A DNA stretch of 64,000 bases from Haliotis cracherodii (lineage: Eukaryota): the NCBI RefSeq assembly GCF_022045235.1, contig NW_027266275.1, forward strand, positions 26,040,001-26,104,000, written 5' to 3'. A program made the position numbers and the translations under genes. Positions within the stretch are counted from its first letter, which is position 1; each line of letters opens with the position of its first letter. The notes under the pieces are model-generated. The model had not been told where the DNA came from and made no database searches. It was given only the letters and a program-made list of their open reading frames with translations. Below, in pieces: positions 23,045-36,802 of the stretch.

Positions 23045-25180
23045 GCATATAGAACAGGAAGTACTCATCAAGGTCTCGTGACAACGCTAGTAGCCAAAAC
23101 CATGGAGCCAGCATCTAGGCCACGTGACTGAGTGCGCAGGACACGATGCTTTCATCTCGGCCACGTAACAAACAAACGTGTGAGCCACGTGACTGCTTGC
23201 GCAGAACATAAAGCAAACGTCTCGGCCACTGCGTGAGTACAACGTGACGTACTCCTGCAGGTGGAGTGACTGCTCTATGTGGCATGAAATAACACTCGAG
23301 GCCGAATGACTGCGTGTGTAGAACGTGAAGTGCTCATCCAGGTCTTGTTACTGCGTGTGTAGAACGTAAAGTACTCATCCAGGCCAAATGTCTGCGTGTG
23401 TAGAACGTAAAGTACTCATCCAGGCCAAATGTCTGCGTGTGTAGAACCGAAAGTGCTCATCCAGGCCGAATGTCTGCGTGTGTAGAACGTGAAGTGCACA
23501 TCCAGTCCAAATGTCTGCGTGTGTAGAACGTGAAGTGCTCATCCAGGCCAAATGTCTGCGTGTGTAGAACGTAAAGTGCTCATCCAGGCCGAATGTCTGC
23601 GTGTGTAGAACGTGAAGTGTTCATCCAGGCCGAATGTCTGCGTGTGTAGAACGTGAAGTGCTCATCCAGGCCGAATGTCTGCGTGTGTAGAACGTAAAGT
23701 GTTCATCCAGGCCGAATGTCTGCGTGTTAAGTATGTGAAGTGCTCATCCAGGCCAAATGTCTGCGTGTGTAGAACGTGAAGTGCTCATCCAGGCCGAATG
23801 TCTGCGTGTATAGAACGTGAAGTGCTCATCCAGGCCGAATGTCTGCGTGTGTAGTACGTGAAGTGCTCATCCAGGCCAAATGTCTGCGTGTGTAGAACGT
23901 GAAGTGCTCATCCAGGCCGAATGTCTGCGTGTGTAGAACGTGAAGTGCACATCCAGGCCGAATGTCTGCGTGTGTAGTACGTGAAGTGCTCATCCAGGCC
24001 AAATGTCTGCGTGTGTAGTACGTGAAGTGCTCATCCAGGCCAAATGTCTGCGTGTGTAGAACGTGAAGTGCTCATCCAGGCCGAATGTCTGCGTGTATAG
24101 AACGTGAAGTGCTCATCCAGGCCGAATGACTGCATGTGTAGAACGTGAAGTGCTCATCCAGGCCAAATGTCTGCGTGTGTAGTACGTGAAGTGCTCATCC
24201 AGGCCAAATGTCTGCGTGTGTAGAACGTGAAGTGCTCATCCAGGCCGAATGTCTGCGTGTATAGAACGTGAAGTGCTCATCCAGGCCGAATGACTGCATG
24301 TGTAGAACGTGAAGTGCTCATCCAGGCCAAATGTCTGCGTGTGTAGTACGTGAAGTGCTCATCCAGGCCAAATGTCTGCGTGTGTAGAACGTGAAGTGCT
24401 CATCCAGGCCGAATGTCTGCGTGTATAGAACGTGAAGTGCTCATCCAGGCCGAATGACTGCATGTGTAGAACGTGAAGTGCTCATCCAGGCCGAATGTCT
24501 GCGTGTTTAGAACGTGAAGTGCTCATCCAGGCCAAATGTCTGCGTGTGTAGAACGTGAAGTGCTCATCCAGGCCGAATGTCTGCGTGTATAGAACGTGAA
24601 GTACTCATGTAGGTCACGTGACTGCGTGTGTAGGACGTGAAGTGCTCATCCAGGCCGAATGACTGCGTGTGTAGAACGTGAAGTGCTCATGTAAGTCACG
24701 TGACTGCGTGTGTAGAACGTGAAGTGCTCATCCAGGTCTTGTTACTGCGTGTGTAGAACGTAAAGTACTCATCCAGGCCAAATGTCTGCGTGTGTAGAAC
24801 GTGAAGTACTCATCCAGGCCAAATGACTGCGTGTGTAGAACGTGAATTGCTCATCCAGGCCGAATGTCTGCGTGTGTAGAACGTGAAGTACTCATCCAGG
24901 CCGAATGTCTGCGTGTGTAGAACGTGAAGTACTCATGTAGGTTTTGTGACTGCATGCGGTAGGACATGAAGTCATCATCCATCTCATGTGACTGCGTGTG
25001 TAGAACGTGAAGTGCTGATCCAGCTCATGCAAGTGACTGCGTGTGGTAGGGAATGAAGTTCTCATCCATCTCATGTGACTGCGTGTATAGAACGTGAAGT
25101 GCTGATCCAGCTCATGCAAGTGACTGCGTGTGGTAGGACATGTAGTCATCACCCATCTCATGTGACTGCTCGTGTAGAAC
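23045..25180. repeat. Satellite, 41-bp unit, homogeneous centre and degenerate edges
   Basis: GTGTGTAGAACGTGAAGTGCTCATCCAGGCCGAATGTCTGC repeated about 45-50 times. Confidence 0.95.
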
Positions 25181-25667
25181 AATAAGTAATTATGGCAATA
25201 AGTAGCAGAGGAGGACAACAGACAGACATAACAGTGTAGTTGCCAACATCAACGTTCCTATTCAGCCAGCGACCCCTTGTGCCCTGGTATGTTGTGTACA
25301 TCATTGAGGAAAACACAATCGGGAAGACAGACGCATGGTGCGTTCATTACCTCGTTACCTGTGTGATTTATGCGTCAGCTCTTGTAAACGGCTTGAATTA
25401 GTATGGTCCGATGTACATGTAGATGTATCTTTCCATCTTAATGTGATACGGAATGGCATGCATGTATGTCAAGGTCAGCTTGAGGAAGATTGTAAGACAT
25501 CTACCCTGATGTGGGTACTACTTGAAGGGTCAGGCCTGAATATGACTGCTTAGATTATGTTTTCAACCTTGCCGAGTGTCGAGTTACGCCATACCACCCA
25601 ACTACTAGAATATTATGTGATGCGTTACGCTGGAATCAGCGACATTCTACCGGTATCACGGCGGCAT

Positions 25668-25886
25668 GTTTGTTTGTTTGTTGTTTAACGCTGCACTCAG
25701 CAACATTCCAGCTCTATGACGGCGGTCTGTAAATAATCGAGCCTGGACCAGACAATCCAGTGATTGATGTCATGAGCATAGATCAACGCAATTGGGATAA
25801 GATGACATGCATCAACCAAGTCAGCGAGCCTCACCAAGTAATCCCGTCAGTCGCCTCTTACGACAAACATAGTCGACATATTCTAC
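25668..25886 (-). mobile_element. RUDI-like SINE copy
   Basis: Family match. Confidence 0.85.
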
Positions 25887-26289
25887 ACAGTCTTGATAGC
25901 GAATGGCATGTATATGCTTCACGTGGACAACGTGAAACAATAACGTGCAATTTCTCGAGAAATTGAACAGTATCGATCGACAACTTTTCCATATAATATA
26001 AATAAAACAATACGTTTTCACCAAGTTGAGATCAGACGTGTGGGTTAATTACTATAAAATCTCAACAAATGCTGAGAAAGTGGTTTCTGACGTACATATT
26101 TTGGCGTTTAGACACCGTGGCGTGAATTCCATAAATGAAACTGAAATACCGATGACGTTTCAACATTTCCCTCATGTATAAATGTGATTGTTGTTTTCTT
26201 TTCAAAGTGATGATAATTGTCTACATGTATCGAACAGTTTTAACACCGACAAACACTTTACATCAATATTGTCTATCAGTATGCATGTG

Positions 26290-26520
26290 TGTGTTTGCTG
26301 TTTAACACCGCTCTCATCAATAGTCCACCTATATGACGGCGGACTGTAAATTATCGAGTCTTGACAGGCGTTCCAGTGATTGATATCATGAGCATCGATC
26401 CACGCCGTCGAGGTACGCTGACACGCTACCAACCAAGTCGCCGAGGCTGCCCATCCATTTGGTCGCCTCTGACGGCCATTCTGGTCGCTGGTGACAATTT
26501 TTACCCGGAATCCCCTCGGG
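26290..26520 (-). mobile_element. Diverged RUDI-like SINE copy
   Basis: Tail, body and head (ACCCGGAATCCCCTCGGG) are recognisable. Confidence 0.7.
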
Positions 26521-27216
26521 GCTATACTGATGGAAACAAATATGAGAACACACAGCAAGACGTGGTCATCCGGTACATAGCTTCATCCAAACATTGGACC
26601 ATCAAAGGTTTCTTGCACCAGAAAGCATAGAACAGCCCACATTATCCGAAAAGTTAGTAAAGAATTGTCACGAAAGACATCCTACTTGAATAAGGATTGT
26701 CGTTAAGGGTCTGTATGTGTTTCTCTAGATCCAGTACAACAATAATCGTTCGTAAATGTTTAACGTTAATGGTTGGACAATAATTATGCTTTATCTAAAA
26801 TGAAAAATTCAAAAATCAAATTGAAAATTTCAGATAAACATCTCGAACGTTAAGCCGAGTGCTTTATAATCGGGGGTGCTTCCTCAGAGGGGTGTCTGCC
26901 TCGGGTTTCCCATTACACACTGGACTTGTACAATCAGTCGAGTGTGTGTGATCGTCCGACCACGTAGCGAGTATTAAGCACAATCAGTAATCACATGTCC
27001 GCGTTGTCATCAATAGACGCGGAACAGTGATTGGAATCTTGTCCCTTTTGGTCAGGTGCCGACTCTCGCGAGCATTGAAGGCTCTGTTCGACTGAAACCC
27101 GAGTAGTTTTGATACAACGTGTTTGTCATATCAAAACCTTCGTTACACTTCGTTCTTTGGTTAACATAGGTTTCCCCAGTGGGTATACACTTAAACTATT
27201 TTCTGGAATCGAAAGT

Positions 27217-27476
27217 GGGTGAGTTTGGTTTAACGCCGCTATCAACAGTATTCAAGTTATATCACTTAATGTGGGAGAAAAGCCCTATGTAATGCAGGCC
27301 TCAGACGTTTACCACTTGATGAAACCCACGAGCAAGGAGATTGGGCTGACAAACCTAGAAACATATTCGGGACGAACACTGATTCGAACCACAATCATAG
27401 GTTCATGGCGTGCCCAAGGGACGCAACTCTGCAAAGCGATTTGCGGCGCCTTGGACGACTAGGCCACCCATGCCCC
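27217..27476 (-). mobile_element. tRNA-Leu-like SINE copy
   Basis: Reverse-complement match to 48194-48290 plus body and tail. Partial relatives lie at about 10115-10290, 44092-44260, 52690-52825, 54180-54412 and 54833-55005. Confidence 0.75.
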
Positions 27477-27612
27477 TTTGGGAATCAATACGTTGTCGGG
27501 TGAAAAAGACATTCTTATTATGTTTATGATGCTCATATACCTAGTAAGGTCTACATGTGAAAAGGTGACCGAAAATAATATTATACGCAACGAAAAATCT
27601 GCAAATAAACGA

Positions 27613-27860
27613 ATCTGGCAAATAAGCCGTTTATAGAACGAACAACGACTGCCAGGATACGGTGACACACAATCAGGCAGTCATATTATCGACCATTGTG
27701 AACACCCAATCTTCATTTCGGTCGGCAAGACCAAGTAAGATACCACTCATCACACATTCAGTCATGGACAACGCACAAGTCACTGGACTGTCGTTATAAA
27801 TAGTGTTCGAGCTAGTGATGCTGGTAAGTATGATTTTTTTGTAGCGATAACGTGGGTAGG
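27613..27860 (+). pseudogene. Decayed Ig-domain exon
   Basis: FISVGKTK*...SHWTVVINSVRASDAGKYD, then a frameshifted DNVG, fits the Ig E-F strand motif LxIxxVxxxDAGxYxC..NxxG. Confidence 0.55.
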
Positions 27861-30812
27861 GTCAGTCCATTTACCTGTGCGTTATCTGATTAAAATACAG
27901 TCTCAAAGTAACAAAATACTGCGTAATCAGATTTAAAATGAAGCAATGAATAAATTAAAATGATTACACCACAAATATGATGGAGGAAAATTATATGCAG
28001 TACTTTGGTAATATAAGGGAATCTTTAACTTCGATATAGTATTGCATTTCAACTACCCCGTATATTCGTACTGCACCTGAATTTTGTGCGATTTGATCGC
28101 TCTATCCACTACTTTCGTAATGCACGTGCCTAGAATTAATGCATGATCTAAAAAATTGCATTTCACGTAATATGTCAGCATTCTGTCATTTCGTTACACA
28201 TAATGTACAAATGAAAAAAATAGAATGACATCATGGCTGTATTTTAAATCTCGGTAACCGAGGCCTACCAACACCATGGCGTAAACAAGGACTCCGGGCT
28301 AACGCCGCACGATATATATCTTCTAAAAGATGTGTAAGGTCAATTATCTTTTAGAGACATCTGCAATTAAATACCCCGACAAATAGTTTTGTCTTGAATG
28401 TTTTAATATTTTTAAGACACATTGCTCAAATGTGACACTCAAGTTTTAATCGAAAACAACACTGTTCTCTCTGATCAGTAAGGGCCAGTGACTCGATGAT
28501 CCCCGCGCCCCTCCCCAGACAGTGAGTACACAAGGGGGATCTGGAACAAACCAAACAGAGAGATGTTGATCCGTATGGTTTGCTCTGGCCACTCAATCCC
28601 TCATCTGACCATTGTCCGAGAGGTTAATCCCCCCCAATAATCCTGACCCGGGGGTCGGCACCAAGCGTCCGGCAAATCCCACCCCTTTACGCTCCCGCCG
28701 GGGTTACGCGGGTCTCAGACATGCTCCAGCAACAAGACACAGGGGATGATGCCGGTAATCGAGGTCATCCCCCGTGGACATCTGTCACAATAATTACAGG
28801 CTCGAACCCAGGATTAGCGAAGCCATCCAACACGGGCACCTGCTGGTTAAGTCAACACTCAACAACGTGCTCTGTTATTATTTATCACCAAACAACTTGA
28901 CAAACATGCTGATTATTTTTAGAATTTCATATTTATCTTGGTCCTCATCCATTCCGAGGACGGTGGTGATGTTTGAAATATAACACCAACACTTCATATT
29001 CCAGGTTATAAATCATATCAACCTAATTGAAAACTCGACAAACATGCTAATTATGTTTTAGGAAGGTTCGGTATTATTCTTGGCTTCTTGCTTACCGTTG
29101 GTGATCATTATCGGAGTCTGAGAGCCTAAATCAACTGTTTCTAGTCCAGCCTAAACAAAATCTGACTGAAATCAATGTTTTGTTTGTTTTTATTTAAGTA
29201 AACTACTGTTGATTTTCTACGAAATACATGTCTTTACACATATTCAACGCATGGTAACTATGGCAACATCTAAGCGTGGCATCATGTAATGATAATAATT
29301 AAAAATTGCCTCTAGATGTGAATTTTCAAATACCAGACTCAAAATATATTCACTCATTAAAATTTAGAAACGAGCCATAGAAATGCATTTATTTACACAA
29401 TTACATGTTTTGAACTTTAATGGGGTATTTATTAAAAACTTTTCAGTACCCAACTACTTTTCAGTGCCCAACTAAAACGTGGATCTGAGAGTGACATTGT
29501 GTGACCTGCACGCAGCCCCCAGTAAACACTGACTGGTATCATCAGCGAGTGCAAGACTTAAAGATAAGTATCTACAGAGCTGACACCATGATTTAACACT
29601 TTCTACTAAAGGGTTGCTTTAATCGTGTTTAAAACCAGAATTTGCAATAGAAACCTCTATATTTTTTATGTCAAACTTCTAAAACCCAGTTAAAACATCC
29701 TACATGTAATCACTCATTCAGTGGTTAGAAGTCGCTGGTTAAATATTGCATACACTGACAGTCTGTACCGTGTGCCAACTAACAGTTGGCGATGATTTCA
29801 CTACATACTTGAATGTCCTTACTTTCTGACACAAACACAGTGCTATATAAACAGTTATTATTATGTAAAACCTAATTATTTTTATAAATTACAGCAGTTA
29901 TTCTCAAGTAAAAAGGTACCAGTATTAAGGAGGCAATGTAGATTGATACAATGTATTTATTTACATTTCCGATATATATTCACTGCCCACTTATACACTA
30001 TAAACATATTGGCATATCCCATGTACCACGGTGTGTTGCATTATGACAATAGACGTTGAAGGTGATACAATACCATCAACTATTGGTTTGCCTGATCTGT
30101 ACTCGAGCGTCGACGTGATGTAGTCAAACATTGGAGTGGTGTGTAAACAACATTCACTCACTCACTCACTCACTCATGTCAACCCATGCTTCAGCCATCA
30201 AACATCATCCAAAACATCAGTTACCTTTCAATCATTCTCTACGTGAATCGAGTATAACACTCTCAGAAATAATGTTGAAAAATAGACGCTTACAGAAAGC
30301 AAATCCATTGTTTGAAAGCAAAAAAAATACAAAAATACAATATACAATGTAGTCAACAGGAAAAATATGTATGGTGGCCGTCACCTTGACTGCACTTCCA
30401 CCCCCTCTATACTTCACACGACATCAAGTACCTGGCGATGTGGTCAGTCACCTACAGGAATGCCTAATCTTTCCCTCCTGTTAATTATCCTTTCATCCCG
30501 GTGCCTTAGTCTGTTTTCACAGAGATGCACAGCATGTTTGGAAAACGTCAAATAAGTTTTCAAAGCGTGGAGATCCCTCCACAAACAAGGAACACTTACC
30601 CCAGCTGCACGACCCTCTCTGGTGGTCAACGGTCACGCTCCTCCGCCGGTACATGTACATGTAGACACGGATGCTGCCACGCAGGTTTTAAGTAAGGAAC
30701 CCTTTGTCCTGATGTTTAACTGTTTAATGTCTGTTTGAAGAGTGGTACACACTTAATTATTAACATATACTACGATGTGAACGATGCATTTACTGTAACA
30801 AATGTTATATTT

Positions 30813-30940
30813 GGGATAACACTTTCTTAGTAAAGTACAGATTCTCGTACTGTTTGGGGATTGGGTCCCGTTGGGTCCCGAATCGGGAACTAACCCCTAA
30901 AAGTACGAGAATCTGTACTTTACTAAGAAAGTGTTATCCC
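30813..30940. mobile_element. Fold-back MITE (near-perfect hairpin)
   Basis: About 39-bp perfect inverted repeat GGGATAACACTTTCTTAGTAAAGTACAGATTCTCGTACT, extending imperfectly to 30794-30956. Confidence 0.8.
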
Positions 30941-31352
30941 TAATATAACTGTTACATTTGTTTCATTTGGCTACATGTACTTTCTAAATGGCAATGTGTG
31001 TTAGATGCATTGACTGTAATTCGGGTTTATTCATTTGGCATCACAGGTACTTTTGACGTCAATATTTATTATATTTAACCATGATTATTGTTCACTATTT
31101 TTAAAACGTTAAGTTCACACCATATACGACTTTCCCGCTTGGCGAAAGGCCGGTCACATGTCCGCGAAACTGACGTTCGTAAGCGTAGGAAGGACACATT
31201 TGTTTTGTTTATACGTTTTACGAGGCTAAAATAAAGTAAACTATGCCTGGCTACTTCTCAATCTCCTGCGAGCCCCTTGTAATCCCCTCGCATGGAAGAC
31301 CGTTTTTTTATGAATACTAAGACACTTCAGGTTTTGAATCCCAATGGGCACA

Positions 31353-31487
31353 GGGGCGGTGGGGTTGCCTAGTGGTTATCCTGAATCCCGAATCCCGACA
31401 TGGATACAATGCGTGAAAGCCCATTTCTGGTGTCCCCCGCCGTGGATATTGCTGGAATATTGCTAAAAGCGGCGTAAAACCATACTT
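31353..31487 (+). mobile_element. tRNA-Asp-headed SINE, internally deleted
   Basis: Family match. Confidence 0.75.
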
Positions 31488-31583
31488 GCCTGATGGCCAC
31501 ATGTTCACCAGAGATAAGGGATAACACTTTGAAACCACCTTCCGCCGAGTTGATCGTCTCGGCCATTTTGACGTCGTACTGGA

Positions 31584-31856
31584 TTGGTTTGTTGTTTGGT
31601 TTGTTGTTTAACGCCGCACTCAGCAATATTCCATCTATATGACGGCGGTCTGTAAATAATCGAGTCTGGACCAGACAATCCAGTGATTAATATCATGAAC
31701 ATCGATCCACGCAATTGGAATGGATGACATGTATCAGCCAAGTCAGCGAGTCTGACCACCCGATCCCGTAAGTAGCCTTTTACGACAAGCATAGACACCT
31801 TTTACAGCATGCATGGGTTGCTGAAGACCTATTCTGCCACCGTATCTTCACGGGTC
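31584..31856 (-). mobile_element. Full-length RUDI-like SINE
   Basis: Starts at GACCCGTGAAGAT; TSD GTACTGGA at 31576-83 and 31857-64. Confidence 0.9.
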
Positions 31857-32109
31857 GTACTGGAAATGACGCAAGATACGACGTCATACAGTATATCCCT
31901 CCTCCTAAGTTTCATTTTACAAGGGACTCACACAACGTGAGGGTCAATTCTTATAAGTGTTTGACATGTTGAAGACATACTTCTGATCGATTCGTATATA
32001 TGTTTGGCATATTGCAAGTATACCTCTGATCAGTTCGTATGCTGCCATGTCTCAACACCATCAATTCACCTTCAGACATATTCTGACTTTTGAAATGAGA
32101 AGCATGAGA

Positions 32110-32346
32110 AACCCATGCTTGCCGTAAAGACGACTATGCTTGTCGTTTAAGAGGCGACTAACAGGATAGGGTGGTCAGGTTCGCTGACTTGGTTGATGCA
32201 TGTCATCATATCCTATTTGCGTAGGTCGATGCTCAGGACGTAAATCACTGGATTGTCTGGTTCAGACCCGATTATTTGCAGACCGCCGTCATACAGCTGG
32301 GATATTGGTGAGTGCGGCGTTAAACAACAAACAAACAAAAACAAAA
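32110..32346 (+). mobile_element. RUDI-like SINE copy
   Basis: Family match. Confidence 0.85.
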
Positions 32347-33254
32347 TCTGAAATGACGCCTGGAAGTCAGTTACAATCTTAGGTTATCTACGAGTAGTGT
32401 AGGTCTTCTAACTTGTGACTTCTGAAAGGTGTGTGGAAGTTACTTACAATCTTAGTTCAGATATGTTAGCAATACGACTACCGTAGGTCTTAGTACGAGA
32501 GTCGGAAAAGTCGTAGAACGTTAAGATCACTTATAGGTAAAATACCGCGATCTCTCGGCAGACAACATCCAGTCTCTCAAAATAACACATCATGTTATCC
32601 ACACCAATGTCCCTGGTACACTCTGCACACATCAACTGCCCTTTCTTGGGTGTGATTCAGATAACACGAACCAGTCACTGCACCCTCTGATCTTCTTCTG
32701 AACGTTCTCCCTACAATATGTAACAGAGGTTTCAGGGTGTTAGGCATCAGGTAAATCAACTGTCCTCGATGGCGTAACTCGAGCAGACAGGCCCAGGTAA
32801 TACCCGTTATTTTTCCAGAGTAAAGAGCATTGCGTTGACGTCCTTGCAAGACATTACGAACGTGCAACTTAAAACCCCGACAAGCCAGAAGACAACGTCA
32901 AACCTGCCATCAAGGCAGGATCGAGACATTCCCTGGTAATTATCGCTTAACGCAGGACTCCAGCAGTACAGTTGGGACAGAGCGTGTGGGATTCAGGTAG
33001 CTGTAGCTGTGCTCAGGAATAACTTAGAGACGACGAAGGTTCCCCCGGTGCTGCATTGCCCTTAGACTAACGCTTAGCCTCTGAACACATAATATTTTGA
33101 TGGAAACAAGCAACAACATAATTGAAAAGGAGCCCAGAGAACCTGTAGAAAATCTAGACTGGCTTTATTAAGGGCTATAGGATTACAGTAAGGGCTGGGC
33201 GAAAGGGAAAATAATCTGTTCCAGAGACAATGTTGCCCTGCATGTGGTGACTCG

Positions 33255-34915
33255 GAGTAGGGTGGGGGCTTGCATTACGTACGGTGCTGTGGGAATGCTG
33301 AACACACAGACGTTGAGGGTAGGGAGGGTGGGAGCGTACATAACGTACGTTGCCGACGGAATACTGAACACTACACAGACGGTGAGGGTAGGGAGGGTGG
33401 GAGCGTACATAACGTACGTTGCCGACGGAATACTGAACACTACACAGACGGTGAGGGTAGGGAGGGTGGGAGCGTACATAACGTACGTTGCCGACGGAAT
33501 ACTGAACACTACACAGACGTTGAGGGTAGAGGAGGGTGGGGGCGTACATAACGTCCGTTGCCGACGGAATACTGAACACTACACAGACGTTGAGGGTAGA
33601 GGAGGGTGGGGGCGTACATAACGTCCGTTGCCGACGGAATACTGAACACTACACAGACGTTGAGGGAAGAGGAGGGTTGGGGCGTACATAACGTCCGTTG
33701 CCGACGGAATACTGAACACTACACAGACGTTGAGGGTAGAGGAGGGTGGGGGCGTACATAACGTCCGTTGCCGACGGAATACTGAACACTACACAGACGT
33801 TGAGGGTAAGTTGGTTGGTTTGTTGGTTGTTTTACGCCGCACTCAGCAATATTCCAGCTATATGACGGCGGTCTGTAAATAATCGAGTCTTACGACAAGC
33901 ATAGTCGCCTTTTAACGGCAAGCATGGGTTGCTGAAGACCCGGATCTTCACGGGCCTTGAGGGTAGGGGAGGGTGGGAGCGTATATAACATCCGTTGCCG
34001 ACGGAATACTGAACACAACATAGACGTTGAGTGTAGGAACGTACATTACGTACGTTGCCTAGGGAGTACTGAACACTGCATAGACGTTGAGGGTGGGAGC
34101 ATACATTACGTATGTTGTTGTGGGAGTACTGAACACTAGATAGACGTTGATGGTAGGAGTGTACATTACGTACGTTGTTGTGGGAGTACTGAACACTAGA
34201 TAGACGTTGATGGTAGGAGCGTACATTACGTACGTTGTTGTGGGAGTACTGAACACTAGATAGACGTTGATCGTAGGAGCGTACATTACGTATGTTGTTG
34301 TGGGAGTACTGAACACTAGATAGACGTTGATGGTAGGAGCGTACATTACGTACGTTGTTGTGAGAGTACTGAACACTTGATAGACGTTGATGGTAGGAGC
34401 GTACATTACGTACGTTGCCTAGGGAATACTGAACACTACATAGATGTTGGGCGTGGGAGCGTACATTACGTACGTTGTTGTGGGAGTACTGAACACTACA
34501 TAGACGTTGATGGGTAGGAGCGTACATTACTTACGTTGCCTAGGGAATACTGAACACTGCATAGACGTTGAGGGTGGGACCGCACATTACGTACGTTGCC
34601 TAGGGAATACTGAACACTACATAGACCGTTGAGGGTGGGAGCGTACATTACGTACGTTGTTGTGGAAGTACTGAACACTAGATAGACGTTGAGGGTAGGA
34701 GCGTACATTACTTACTTTGCCTAGGGAATACCGAACACTTCAAAGACGTTGGGGGTGGGAGCGTACATTACGTACGTTACCTAGGGAATACTGAACACTG
34801 CATGGACGATGAGGGTGGGAGCGTACATTACGTACGTTGCCTAGGGAACACTGAACATTGCATGGACGATGAGGGTGGTGGCGTACATTACGTACGTTGC
34901 CGTGGGGATACGGAA
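33255..34915. repeat. Minisatellite with 69/70-bp (left) and ~60-bp (right) sub-arrays
   Basis: Periods were measured on the ACTGAACA core; a SINE sits at the junction. Confidence 0.95.
33810..33956 (-). mobile_element. Internally deleted RUDI-like SINE inside a minisatellite
   Basis: Head and tail are retained; TTGAGGGTA lies on both sides. Confidence 0.85.
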
Positions 34916-36361
34916 CACTTGTGATGTACCTATCCTTTAAGCTCCTTCTCATTGTATGTTCATTAGCAGGTATTTTGGGGTACTTGAATGTTGTCGTTGT
35001 TTTTGTTCATATTTTGTGTATATTTTATAATTCGTCTGTTTTCATCTCCATGGTGATGTATCCGTGCTCCTCGTGTCTATTTATCCATCTACATGTCTTG
35101 TGTTCTGACTGCCCACCTCCATGACCGATATAGCTCACATGACTTCATGCTTGGAACTGCATACTATCTAATTACACTCATCTATTTCAGGCTTGTGAAC
35201 AAAAACCTTCTACCTGATTAAACTGACAATATAAGACACAAGCTGACAAAATGTGTGTCCACTAACAGACACACCTTAAACAAGCATGTCGTACACGCCG
35301 CGGGATCAAAGAGTTAAGCGAGGAATGACCATTTCAAGAAACATTCCAGAGAAAGTTAAACGACAGGTGAACGTTATTCAGCTCAAATTAACCAAATTAC
35401 ATATTCCCTGCTGAATACAAAAAAATACAGAAAAGAAATCGTTCTCACAAATATGCTGTCTTATCTAATTCCAAGATACCATTTTCCTAACTACAGTGTA
35501 AACTGCTATTTGCTCGTTTTAAGAACACCATATTTTTACCAGACGTCTCTCTTCTCTGACGCAATAGATGTTGCTTGGGGCAACTGTAAAACTGGCGTTC
35601 CATGTACACAACGTCTCCTCGTTATTTAAGGCACACAATGCCTGATATGCAGCAGACCCAGTTTGGAACCGATGGTTAGGAGGTTTAACACTCTGTCTCT
35701 AGGGGAGCAAGAAGCCTTTGAGCACTCTGGTAACGTAAACATCTTTTCTTCTTACAGGTATTTGAACATTTCATGCTGACTCTGGAAGAGCGGTTGAGAG
35801 AGATTCCAGCAAGCGGTACAATGTCACCCGCAATTTGCCATGCCAGCTTGTTTATTCATGGCTTGCCCGACCATCTGTGGAAAAGATATATGGACCTATA
35901 ACTGAGTGATTTAATAAAAACAACAACGCCAGTATAAAAGTAAACCGCGCCAATCCTCACGGACCGCTGCATCTACAGAAACCAGACCACTGTGAAGTTT
36001 TGTCATTTGAAGACATAGTTTTCAATATCTATGTAATAAAAAGTAACTACAGAATTATCTTTATAAACTGCCGAGCAGAATTAGATGATGATGTAATTGA
36101 CTGGGTGACACAGTTGTGTTTGAATCTTAAATTTGCAGTGTTTCGGCCACTGTTTTGAAATGTTTTTCTTAACTCCAATTTTTAAATGTATACTTTCTTT
36201 TATTTATATTTTATTTATAGTTACATTAGATGTTGATTCAGGTGTTTACGGTCAAATCGTCATGAGTTTCCCCGGAAGGGCGATGCGTGTATTGGAAGAG
36301 ACGAATAACGTTCGAACATGTGTCTTACGAAATCTATTGTAGAGAAGAGTGTAGATGAAGA

Positions 36362-36523
36362 GTGAGTGAGAATGATTTTACTCCGCCTTTAGCTGTATTC
36401 CAGCAATATCACGGCGGGGGACACCAGAAATGGGCTTCACACATTGTACCCATTTTGGGAATCGGACCCGGGTCTTCGGCGTGACGAGCGAACGCTTTAA
36501 CCACTAGGCTACCCGACCGCCCC
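36362..36523 (-). mobile_element. tRNA-Asp-headed SINE
   Basis: Full family match; approximate TSD TAGAT(G/A)AAGA. Confidence 0.9.
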
Positions 36524-36609
36524 TTTAGATAAAGAAGGTTAAGAGATCGATTTCCGAACTAACACGCCCCTGAATATGTACTGGAAAGAATATAAGTGTT
36601 TATGTGATT

Positions 36610-36802
36610 ATTTGTTGTAATTTGAACATCCATATAGTTCAGCTATATGACGGCGGCCTGTAAATATTCGCATTTGGTCCAGACTAAAACCAGTGGTTCA
36701 TATTATGAGCAACGGCCCACGCAGTCGGAATGAGATAATCAACTATCAACCACGTCACCGAACGTGACCATCCGATACATGAAGTCGCCTCTAACGACCA
36801 GC
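36610..36802 (-). mobile_element. Old RUDI-like SINE copy
   Basis: Degenerate family match. Confidence 0.6.

Noticed and set aside
23045-25180. Regular repeats as a CRISPR array
   Set aside because: The units are contiguous with no unique spacers, there are no cas genes, and the context is eukaryotic.
33175-34952. Long repetitive ORFs on both strands (also at 58232-58771, 59566-60058 and 63111-63992)
   Set aside because: They are open only because the repeat unit lengths are, or sum to, multiples of three or lack stops.
36440-36523. tRNA-Asp genes at the SINE heads
   Set aside because: The acceptor stems are imperfect, and each head runs into a SINE body and tail with TSDs.
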